Assembly: GCA_002633005.1 (NCBI GenBank)
Contig: NMRA01000011.1
Span: forward strand, 1,248,781-1,312,780
Origin: Phoronis australis
Lineage: Eukaryota; Animalia; Phoronida
Direction: 5' to 3'
Length of the DNA: 64,000 bases
Shown: positions 39,801 to 50,724 of the stretch, piece after piece
How positions within the stretch are numbered: position 1 is the first letter of the stretch
Layout of the letters: each line of letters opens with the position of its first letter
Notes under the pieces: generated by a model
The model's input: the letters and a program-made list of their open reading frames with translations, nothing else
Database searches by the model: none
Told to the model about the DNA's origin: nothing
Program-made: the position numbers and the translations under genes

Positions 39801-42800
39801 TTTTCCGTCTCCAGCTGCATTTTATTGCCTTATATATCTATTAGTTAATATTATATGCTTTTGTTCAAGTCAGAACTGGGTCACCCAAACTCAGACTGGC
39901 TACGTGCTGTTATCTNAACTGACACGTAGCAAAGTAATCGGTGTCAAGCGTCCGTTTGCATACAAAACTCACTAACTGTGCCAAGACGGAAATTGTAGGC
40001 TGGAGAGTGTATTACACATGTGCAGGTTTACATATGACGGGAGTTGAAGAGACAGAGAACCTGTATTTAGGTCATTACACAAGGGCAGTAGAGATGATCA
40101 TTTCCCCTTTGCCCTAGTTTTACATTTAGACACATCATTGACAGGAGCAAGATGTTCTAACGCAAGTTGCTCTACCTCACAAACGGGTGGCAAAAGTTGT
40201 TACCGCGGTGTCAGTTTGCTCCAGTTCAGTCCCGTTTACACACATGCGCTGGAACAACTCATCCCGTGTCAGCTGATCCGTGTCAACTTTTGTAGTGTAA
40301 ACGGCACTTTAGATTTTGAATGAAATTCACGTTTCAGCAATAGATACCCGGTTACAGTTATTCTTATATCTTTAGTTTTTGATTACCAAAAACAAGAACC
40401 TAATCTATCTAATTCATCACTGCAAATCGATTGAAGACCATTTTGCTCCGAACAGGTACATGTAGTTGTTGGCATTTTCTGTATCTTGCTTTCACAAGTT
40501 CCAGGTAGATTAACATTGGTTTATGTATTTGGTGCTGGTTTTAATCTGTTTTTGCTCCAGTGAAGTGGATCAAAGCTACATCTGACACTGACAAGAAAGG
40601 TGGTTGATAATGGTTCACTATTGTACACTGTCCAGAGTACCAGACTATTTGTCTATTTTACTGCAACTATTTGTAGTAGTCCTTAACAGCTTCCAGCCAT
40701 ACAGAAGCTGACAAAATAAACTGTGAATGTCTAACAAAATAAACCAGGGCCATATGCAGAAGGAAGTTGACCCTTAGAACAGTCATTGCCTCTTGTTTTG
40801 AGGGCAAACCAGATATGCCCTAACTTTAGAATCTCCTTCTAAAATCATTGCATAATAATCCCAGTTGCACCTTGTAGCCAAAACAAGTTATTTTATTACA
40901 AGGCTTTAGCTTATGGTAAATTGTCCTGTTCAGTTTGCTTGGGTATATGTTTGTGTGTGCCCCCTCTCTACACAAACCCTTTGTGCCTGAGGCCTGGGAA
41001 GCTGTGGTAGTGTATTGAAGTGGTTAGTGTATTGGACAGGTAGCTGTGATTGTTTATATCTCTTTATGCTTGAACCAACAGAAGAACACTGCCAACTGCT
41101 ATCTAGATTGGGCTTTGAGTTTTCACAACTAATGGGTGTTTATTTAGGACTTGTTAAGGGCAATACAAAACTACTCAGGACTGTGTCCTAGTTGGAATGA
41201 CCTAGACAGGCAAATATTGGTACAAGTGTGTGGTCGTTTTTGTTTTGCCTTTTTAATGGGAAAAGAATGCATTTGTTTTGAGAGAGTTTGATGGAAAACA
41301 ATCTGATACTCCATTCACTAGCGGGTTTAAATGCTACCGTTTACGCTAACTATTAGTAGTAGCAAAAAAAACGCCAGTAATGTGAAGGGTTGCGAGGTGG
41401 TGTGCTAGCGGCTTGAGTTGCTTTAAGACAAGTGGCTTTTTTGCTACACCCTTTTCACCCAAACTGTTCACTAACCTCAAAGGACACACATATGTTGATA
41501 GTTACTTGGTTCACAAAAATGGGGAAAATACTAGCAGTTTCAGTTGTTGAAACGCTCATGTGAGCTGTCTATAAAGGAGACATTTTCGCATATGGGGAGC
41601 TTGTTTCCTTCCCACTGGAATTGTTTTTATGTGAAAAGTGATGTCAAAACAAGTTCACTCTCTGCCATAAATGAATTAATACGACAACAGACATGGGCCT
41701 TATTTGCCCCGTGCAGGTATGTCAGTTGAAGTAAGGGGTCTGGCTTCAAAACTGCTAGCGAAAATGCCAGAAGTTTTGGGGGTAACTAAAAGCGCCAACA
41801 TGACACTTGAAGGGAAAGATGCCTGTACCTACTGAGAGGGGAGTGGTTTGGTTGAGGAGGATATTTGCCATGTGTTTGCTGTACCTATCTGAGAGAGGGC
41901 TTGGTCCAAGATTGGGTCAAGGTCACTTTCATTTGACAGGAAGCCCTGGTAAACAAAAAATTAATGTGATGAAACAAACAGATAACAGCCTAAAATCCTA
42001 AATACAAGACTGGGAATGCAAGAGAACAGTTTTCATGACTAAAATGATCGAGATTCTAGAAGGTACATGTAATTGTGTAGTAAATAAAATAAGTAAATAA
42101 ATCGAAAGTTGATCTTAAGTTTGCTTACCGAAAATAAATGTGAAGAAAGTTACGCTTCATTTTTTCTATGGTTCATACACGGCTGTCATTGCATGTGGTG
42201 ATATCTGGAGCTTTTGAAGCTGTTTAGTTCCAAAATCCTGAGAAAACTGACAATTTTTGTATTTGTCTTTGTTAAGTGTGTTGAGTATTATTGTTATTAT
42301 TTGCCTAGAGTTGCATAACCCATAATGTCCCCTGGAAAATTTTGCTTATGATCATTCAAGTTAACTGTGGATTCAACCCTGTCTGGGGAATAAGAGTCTG
42401 AGTTGACATGGTGAGTGGACTGGCGAGATATATTACTTGTCATACAGGTTGTTTGATCACTTTATGAATGTCTATTTTAATGGCTCATGAAGGTCAGGCC
42501 CATTAAAAGGCAAATAGACTAAACAGCTATCAATACTGATAAACTGATGTAAACAAGTTGAAGAAATATTCTTGTATACAGTACAGTTGGCTTGAGAGCA
42601 CCAGGACTGACGCCAGGTTCTCAGGGAGTGGCAAAACTCTAGTGTTTTGTCCTGACAAATGAGCTGTCAATGAGCAAAGGTGTCACTTTCGCCAGTAGTT
42701 AGTTTTCTCAACCCCCAAATCCAGTTTAAGTGAAAACACTCCACTCTGCCATAGCTTGATTAATACACAAAGGCTTCTGCATATGTGTTCCATGAAGGAA

Positions 42801-45800
42801 GCGGCTTCTCTACAAAAGTGTTAGTGAAAACGCCTGTAGTTTTAGCATTGACTCAAATCGCCAATAAAGCGCCAGCAAAAGTCACAGTCTTGTAACCATT
42901 CACATTATTGGCCTTTTTGGTACCTTGAAGTCAGAGCTGATTGGGTATAAGAGACAGTGTAATTAATGTACTTTGAGAACACTGTTTGATTGTGTATGTT
43001 TAACTCTCTCGCCACCAGGTGGTTCTGTCACGTGGATGATGACACATACCTCAACGTACCACAACTGGTGAGAGTCCTACAGAAGTACAACCACACAGGT
43101 GACTGGTACCTGGGCAAGCCTAGCCTGCAGCATCCAATCAAAATCATGGATAAGGACAACCCAAAGGTGAGTTGGAGAAGAGGAGGATGGTGTGGAGGGG
43201 AGTGGCTATAGAGAGATGTGATGGTGTGGAGGGGAGTGGCTATAGAGAGATGTGATGGTGTGGAGGGGAGTGGCTATAGAGAGATGTAGATGTGATGTGG
43301 AGGGGAGTGGCTATATGGAGATGTGATAGTGTGGAGGGGAATGGCTATAAGGAGATGTGTTATGTGGAAGGGAGTGGCTGTAGAGAGATGTGATGGTGTG
43401 GAGGGGAGTGGCTATAGGGAGATGTGATGTAACCTTTCTTGGAAATGAACTTTGGTTTATGAGGACAGAAATTTGTCCGAAAAATTGTGATGCATGAGAC
43501 AAGTAAACGGGGATTAGAGTTTCCGCTTTTCGTTGGATTTCAGCTTTTTCAGAGTAAGAATTGGCATTTTTATATTACGGTATGCCAAATCCGGTGAGAA
43601 TTTTGTTTGTTTATTTAGGGGTGCAGGGGTGTGTTCCTTAATAGTGGAACATAATTCATTCCTACTAGGATGTTCATGTTTACATTTTCGTCATCATGGT
43701 TGGGTGGGTTTGTTTACCAATTGGGCATAGTGATTTAGACCCTGGGTTGGTGACCAGTCTCCAAAAGAAAACTGATTGACGGTATTTTTATTCTTTCACA
43801 CTCAGTGAGATCCACTGCCTTGGACCCTTGTTAACTATTTCAGTTTTCAGCATTTCAGATCCTTTTCGTAATGGCTTGATGGATTTCGATGAATCTTTGT
43901 TTGAAAATGTGTCAGTGGTGGTACCAATCTTTTTAGTAAAAATTACTTAAACTTTCAGACACGTTGACATTTGGGTGTATTTGAATGTTCATGATAATCT
44001 GATATTAATCTGTTGTAATTCACCTTGCAGAAAACCCTGTCTTTCTGGTTTGCCACTGGTGGCGCCGGTTTCTGTATCAGTTCAGGTTTGGCCAAGAAGA
44101 TGTATCCCTACGCACAGTGAGTAGTCCCTCTAACGTAGCTTTTGTTGTCTAATACTCTGATCTTGTGTAGGGAAATACATAGGCTGTTAACTGTTATCTA
44201 CTGAAGACTCAGTGCTCTAATAAGAATTGAACTTGCTAAATATGTCGTTTCGAGGAGGCAGGGTAGCTCGGTGAGATAAGCGTCCGTTTACTTTGCACAA
44301 GATCACGGGTTCGAGTCCCACTCAGCTCGGTAATGCACAAAAATGTTTCCAGGAGATCACTGCAATGGGCCCACCTGGGTAGCCTGCACACATCTGGAAC
44401 AACATATACCAGACTGCCTGCAATTGTTTTTTATTTAATATCATGTTATTTGGTGGTTATCCTTAAGACCTGTTCACACGAACTCCACTCTGGTACCAGA
44501 TGAGCGTCACTGTAAACTAAAGATAACTGAAACTTTCGGACTGGCTTCGGTACTTAGCGGACACCGAAAGTATCATAGTTTGATGTGTAGGTCATTGAAG
44601 TTATCGCAAGATGGCGCTCCGATGACTTCATGCAGGCCTGATTTTCTTTTAATTTGAAGTATTGTGTATCTGTATTGGTACCGCGTCAAATTGCCAGCAA
44701 TCCGCTGTTAAATTCACCTGTTTAGTGAGATGCTGACTTCGATCTAGAACCGAAGTTAACCATTCATATGGACAAACACTCCCTAAATCATCAACACCTT
44801 GACGTTGGTGCGAAAGCTCTTTTAGTTATAACCTCCGCCCCCCNAGTGGCTATAGAGAGATGTGATGGTGTGGAGGGGAATGGCTATAAGGAGATGTGTT
44901 GTGTGGAACGGAGTGGCTATAGAGAGATGTGATGTAACCTTCCTTGGAAATGAACTTTGGTTTATGAGAACAGAAATTTGTCCGAAAAATTGTGATGCTT
45001 GAGACAAGTAAACGGGGATTAGAGTTTCTGCTTATCGTTGGATTTCAGCTTTTTCAGAGTAAGAATTGGCATTTTTATATTACGGTATGCCAAATCCATT
45101 GAGAATTTTGTTTGTTTATTAAGGGGTGCAGGGGTATGTTCCTTAATACTGGAACATAATTCATTCCTACTAGGATGTTCACGTTTACATTTTCGTCATC
45201 ACTGGTGATTGGGTGGGTTTGCTTACCACTTGGGCGTAGTGATTTAGACCCTGAGTTGGTGACCAGTCTCCAAAGGAAAACTGATTGACGTTATGTTTAT
45301 TCTTTCACACTCAGTGAGATCCACTGCCTTGGATCCTTGTTAACTATTTCAGTTTTCAGCATTTCAGATCGTTTTCGAAATGGCTTGATGGATTTCGATG
45401 AATCTTTGTTTGAAAATGTGTCTGTGGTGGTACCAATCTTTTTAGTAAAAATTACTTAAACTTTCAGACACTTTGACATTTGGGTGTATTTGAATGTTCA
45501 TGATAATCTGGTATTAATCTGTTGTAATTCACCTTGCAGAAAACCCTGTCTTTCTGGTTTGCCACTGGTGGCGCCGGTTTCTGTATCAGTTCAGGTTTGG
45601 CCAAGAAGATGTATCCCTACGCACAGTGAGTAGTCCCTCTAACGTAGCTTTTGTTGTCTAGTACTCCGATGTTGTGTAGGGAAATACATAGGCTGTTAAC
45701 TGTTACCTACTGAAGACTCAGTGAACTTGCTAAATATGTTGTTTCGAGGAGGCAGGGTAGCTCGGTGGGGTAAGCGTCCACTTACTTTACACAAGATCAC

Positions 45801-48800
45801 GGGTTCGAGTCTCAATCAGCTCGGTTATGCATTAAAATGTTTCCAGGGGATCACTGCAATGGGCCCACCTGGGTAACCCGCACACATCTCGAACAACATA
45901 TACCTGACTGCCTGCAATTATTTTTTATATAATATCATGTTATTTAGTGGTTATCCTTAAGACCTGTTCACACAAACTCCAGTCTGGTACCAGATGGGCG
46001 TCACTGTAAACTCCTAAGCTAGTTGAACCTTTCGGACCGTCTTCGGTATTTAGCGGACACTGAAGTTATCTTAGTTTGATGTGTAGGTCATTGAAGTTAT
46101 CGCAAGATGGCACTCCGATGACTTCATGCAGGCCTGATTTTCTTTTAATTTGAAGTATTGTGTATCTGTATTGGTACCGCGTCAAATTGTCAGCGCTCCG
46201 CTGTTAAATTCCCCTGTTTAGTGAGATGCTGACTTCGATCTAGAACTGAAGTTAACCATTCATATGGACAAACACTCCCTAAATCATCAACACCTTGACG
46301 TTGGTGTGAAAGCTCTTTTAGTTATAACGTCCCCCCGTAGAAGTTGCCAACAGAATCATATTCATATGTCAGATTTATGGTAATTTGAGATAAATCTGAA
46401 AGTGTTGTATTTTGTTTTCAGTGATTCCAATTTCATGGCTGTTGGTGACAAGATTCGACTCCCTGATGACTGTACTATTGGTTACATCATTTGTAAGTAA
46501 ATAAATACACTTGAATATTAAATGGAATTAAAGTCATTGAATTGTCTGTAATGTCTGTGAAAGACTGTTACGCCAGATTCTCTGTTGTTTTGGTAATTAT
46601 CACATTAGTGTGATTGGATGATGGGTACTAAATCTGTGTTCTATGCCATGGCCTTGTATTACGTGGTCACAGTTTTGTGCAGTGGTTGAAATTTGTCGCA
46701 GATATAGGAAATAATTTTAGTGATTAAAAACTACTTTGAGACTTTAAGAACCATCATTGCTTTCACACTGCAAGGTGGCTTTCCCTAGATCAAATGAGCG
46801 AGATTAAGGGACTAGAGTAAACGAGCAAAATAGCAGTGATTGGTTTGTGTGGTTGGAATGTTGAATTATGGGATAGAATTCATAAATTATGGGATAGACT
46901 TAACTGTTTCCTTTCCACAAATGAATATTTTTGGTCTCGAGTCCATGGCTAATGTCGTAGGAATGCATCCCTGTTTGACCTCTGTTCACTTTGCAGCCCA
47001 CAAAGTCAAGTCCGAGCTGACCACCATTCCTTTGTTCCACTCTCACCTGGAAGCGCTGTGGATGATTAAAAAGAACGACCTCAGTAAACAGGTATATTAA
47101 TGGAACAGTTGTCAGATTTTTTATATTTTTTGAGTTGGGATTACAGTGGATTTGTTCGTCTGACAATTATTGGTTCATTGAGGAGTGGTCCCTTGCACAA
47201 TAGCTTAATAAGATCACAGACGTGTTGAAAAGTTCCATCTTGAATACGTGGCCCCCTTCGTTAGTAGCTCCAGTGTTGAGAGATTTAGAGCAAACTTCAG
47301 AGAAAGGGCATCTGTCTTGTCCCCTATTGGCAGACTTATGAGTTATATCTTATTACCATCACAGCAGTTTTACAGTCATAGTCATGGTAACTTTTGTCTT
47401 CTCCAGGTAACATTCAGCTACTCTCACCCCAATGGCAAGTCCAATATTATAGATGTACCGCTGCTGTTCCCAGCTGATGAGGACCCTACCAGGTATGGTT
47501 TTCATTGGTGCTCTGTGGTCATGTGACTGTATTCATAGGCTGGAGCATGTGACTCCAGTAGCTTTAATGATTTGCCAAAAATGTTGATTTAAAAAGCCTC
47601 CTTTGAGCGGATATTGTTACTCAGGGTATGCATTTGAATATCCAGATAGTTTTAGCAATGTGACAAAAGAAAGCACGATTTTGACATTCAAACGCAAGTT
47701 GGTCAAGGGATACAGCAGGTAGCATGAGAAAACAACAAACAGAGAATGGCCAATAGCAGTAGTAGGTGTGAAAATGTACCTCTATCTAGTACAGGATAGA
47801 CTCAAGATACTAAGCATACAATTTCAGGATGCGTTCTTGTCCGGTGTCTTGGTAGTTCAGATTAGGTACTCAGTTGTAATGGTCAATACTTGTAACAATT
47901 TATGGCATATAACACCACTCTCAAGACATCTAACATACAAGTAATCAACAGTATCAGGTCTGGTATTTTTTCTTCCCATTGTAATTCAACAAGTGTTCTT
48001 GTATTGAACCATACTGAAGATCCAACGATAATCTTCTAGACAATGAGCAAACCATACGCTCAACATAACGTCATGCTGCCTAGATGACATGGTTGCAACC
48101 ACCAGAAGGGAAGGAAAATTGATACACGGCGTTAGACTGAGCTAGAGGGCGCTTTTTATGCAAATCTCGTTCTTTATCACCAAACTGCTTGATTTGCTGC
48201 ATGTATGATATATATTCAATTTGACCTTACAATTATGTGGGATGATGTTTCTATTCAAAGTTCTTCATAAGACACATTCGTCTTAGTGATAATTGCCGTG
48301 GAACTAATTATAATAGTACACATTTTTACATCATTTGACTTCGCCTTAGTTGTCTCTAGAGAGTTATTAGTGTAATTGTTGTCAACATGCATTTGTTTGA
48401 TGGTGTTTCACTGTGGGTGTCCCTCAAGACATATGAAGTCCGTCGTCTCTGGTTATTTGGCCAGAACTAATAACGTATGCTTCACGTGGACACGTGAACG
48501 ATGAAGTGCCAAAAGTCAAACTAATGTCTAGACATTTGACAATTGTCTTATCGTCACCAGCCCTGTTCAATACAAGCACACTTTTTTGAATCATCACTGA
48601 AGTAAAGTTACCAGAGAGAAAGATAATATGCGTCTTAAGTTGTTAGAAGCGTCGTCTCTGGTTATTTGGCCAGAACTAATAACGTATGCTTCACGTGGAC
48701 ACGTGAACGATGAAGTGCCAAAAGTCAAACTAATGTCTAGACATTTGACAATTGTCTTATCGTCACCAGCCCTGTTCAATACAAGCACACTTTTTTGAAT

Positions 48801-49985
48801 CATCACTGAAGTAAAGTTACCAGAGAGAAAGATAATATGCGTCTTAAGTTGTTAGAAGCGTTGATTATTAAATTTGAGAGCCCCGAGTCAGAATTGCCAA
48901 GTCATGGGGCAAGAACACGAAACTTAATTCTTAGTCTCTTATTTCTGTGCTCTGTAGTATCCAATAGGGGTCTCTGCTAGTTGTAGTTTTTCACACCTTT
49001 TTATGTTTAACACCAGTTGTTTCAGATTTCTCACCTCTGACAATGGCAGATGTTCTGAGCAAAGATCCAGGCTTAAATGTATATTTACATGTATTTACAT
49101 TATTTATGTTTTCTTCGTTTTTGCAATGAATATCGGGCAGTTGTTGCATCGTGTGCCCATGCAAGAGTGTGTGTCTTTCCAAACTCTGAGAAAGCTAGAA
49201 TACTCTATGTGAATCAAAGGTCATTTTTTACACCAAAAAATATTAATTTTAACTCTGCCAAAAATGCCGGTAAATATTTTCTGAAAGTAGGTTTCAGCTG
49301 TAACTTTGTCAGGCAGGTGTTACATCGTGTGCCTGTACAAGAGTGTTTGTCTTCCCAAGTGTATGAGAGGAGGACTATGAGAAAACTAGAATCCACAGAA
49401 AATCATGTAGAGTTGGATACCTCTTGCTTAAAAGAAAATCTGCTGGCAGCGTGTACTAATAATTAAAGTCTTGAACTCTTGCCTCCAGTCAAACAAGTTT
49501 TGATTTTGGTCAGTTACCATTTTAAAATTAGCTTTATCTCGTTCCTTACTCCGCTTAGAACTGATTTCTGGGCTCAGAAAGAATTGACAGTCCACTATTT
49601 ATTCAGACGAAATTCAGAGAATTACAAGTTACTATGTGGCTGGAATTTTATGAGCTTGGTCTGAAGATATAACAAAGTGTCATTCTTCCAGAGCTTGGAA
49701 ATCAATCTTCATCTGAGAGAGGAACAATTTCACGTCACTTTTATTCGGACAAAGGCTTAAATCAAAAGTTATAACTTGTTTTTGACAGTCAGCACGAGTT
49801 CAATGTATTAATGGCAAAAATTATGTTTTACGGAGGTATTTTTGACTTGGCAAATTCCTATTTACTGGGGTATGTATTGGCCAGGGTATGTCAGCGTCAT
49901 TGTGTATTTTCTCATTTGTAGGTTCAAGTCTGCACACTGTCATCTCTATCCAGAAATGCATGAATGTCCACGCAGCACTAGGTAG
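24885..49985 (+). CDS. fng: Fringe-family O-fucosylpeptide beta-1,3-N-acetylglucosaminyltransferase (Notch modifier)
   Basis: Exons: 24885-25289 (type [29 protein letters not shown]), 26120-26168 (TYFFTD), [short exon not located], 36768-36827 ([11 protein letters not shown]), 43019-43166 ([15 protein letters not shown] motif; YLGKPSL), 44031-44116 or its copy 45540-45625 ([13 protein letters not shown]), 46422-46492 ([13 protein letters not shown]), 46997-47091 (LFHSHLE), 47407-47492 (VTFSY..EDPTR), 49922-49985 ([16 protein letters not shown]). These are hallmark Fringe motifs with GT-AG boundaries. Confidence 0.93.
26954..27198 (+). mobile_element. tRNA-derived SINE with perfect 14-bp target-site duplication
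   Basis: B-box GGTTCGAGTCCC; AT-rich tail; TSD AACCGGGTGTTAGA at 26940-26953 and 27199-27212. Confidence 0.88.
28214..28319 (-). mobile_element. 5' half of the same SINE, reverse orientation
   Basis: Reverse complement reads AGGCAGTGTGGCTTAGTGG..GTGGGTTCG..GCTAGACCCTTGAGTCAGGTCTCTAGCTC. Confidence 0.7.
33949..34328. mobile_element. MITE with ~55-bp TIRs
   Basis: CTGTGCCTGGTTGCATGAAGCAGTCCCAAATAGGGACTCGACTAAGTTCCCTAAAT versus its near-perfect inverse at the right end; a solo right end also lies at ~35506-35558. Confidence 0.8.
37980..38840. repeat. ~420-bp direct duplication split by N at 38401 (likely scaffolding/allelic artefact)
   Basis: 37980-38400 is near-identical to 38404-38840. Confidence 0.8.
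38764..39278. mobile_element. MITE, Harbinger-like ends; second copy at 56406-56889
   Basis: AAGGCCCTTTGATATTGAC / GTCAGTGTGAAAGGCCCTT TIRs; the interior is highly similar to 56406-56889; older relatives at ~44464-44820 and ~45958-46318. Confidence 0.82.
39736..39760. repeat. (GT)n microsatellite
   Basis: About 12 GT units. Confidence 0.9.
43185..43430. repeat. 34-bp G-rich minisatellite, ~7 copies, immediately after a fringe donor site
   Basis: Unit GATGGTGTGGAGGGGAGTGGCTATAGAGAGATGT; a partial array recurs at 44845-44935. Confidence 0.9.
44256..44437 (+). mobile_element. tRNA-derived SINE copy (duplicated at ~45750-45930)
   Basis: GGCAGGGTAGCTCGGTG A-box, GGTTCGAGTCCC B-box, shared 3' end ..CCAGACTGCCTGCAATT. 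Confidence 0.75.
45540..45625 (+). CDS. fng: Second identical copy of the Fringe [13 protein letters not shown] exon (probably an allelic/assembly duplicate)
   Basis: Same 86 nt and splice sites as 44031-44116, inside a ~1.5 kb duplicated block split by the N at 44844. Confidence 0.6.
48441..48861. repeat. 209-bp exact tandem duplication
   Basis: 48441-48649 is repeated at 48650-48858 with no visible mismatch and no N. Confidence 0.9.
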
Positions 49986-50355
49986 CACAATACATAATGA
50001 AACACAGATTGAACATGTGACGATCATGTTAAATCTTCAGCGTTCCATTTTATATGTTGTGCCAAGCATGCACTGGACTGTATGTAAGAGCTTTTAATCC
50101 ATAGATCCAGTCTGTGGAGGTGTTGATTAGGATGATAATTTTGACTTGGTGTGCACTCCGTAGATGTGAGAACGTCGCGAAAACACAAGATCGATATATA
50201 ATCACGTGATCACACTAGCTTCCTCCGTGAAATTCTTGCATCTACGGAACTCGCCCCGGACTTGTTGTTGTTAGCTCGTGTGGATATTCATTACACTGTT
50301 GTTGCAGTGTGGGTGTAATTATGAATGGATGATCCCGTCGTATCTGTGACTGCTA

Positions 50356-50724
50356 GTACAGGTACTGTGTCTATAGGGTACAGGTACTGTGTCTTCAGGG
50401 CACAGGTACTGTGTCTACAGGGTACAGGTACTGTGTCTTCAGGGCACAGGTACTGTGTCTGCAGGGCACAGGTACTGTGTCTGCAGGGCACAGGTACTGT
50501 GTCTGCAGGGCACAGGTACTGTGTCTGCAGGGTGGAGGTACTGTGTCTGCAGGGTACAGATACTGTGTCTGCAGGGTGGAGGTACTGTGTCTGCAGGGTA
50601 CAGATACTGTGTCTACAGGATACAGGTACTGTTTCTGCAGGGTACATGTGCTGTGTCTACAGGGTACAGGTACTGTGTCTACTGGGTACAGGTATTGTGT
50701 CTATAGGATACAGGTACTGTGTCT
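50356..50724. repeat. 22-bp minisatellite, ~17 copies, downstream of the fringe stop
   Basis: Unit ACAGGTACTGTGTCTGCAGGGY; it produces the repetitive ORFs seen in several frames. Confidence 0.92.

Larger units (their letters stand above)
43300..46338. repeat. ~1.5-kb direct duplication (about 43300-44843 vs 44845-46338) split by N
   Basis: Both copies carry the minisatellite end, intron, fringe exon, SINE and MITE in the same order, with scattered SNPs and indels. Confidence 0.85.
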
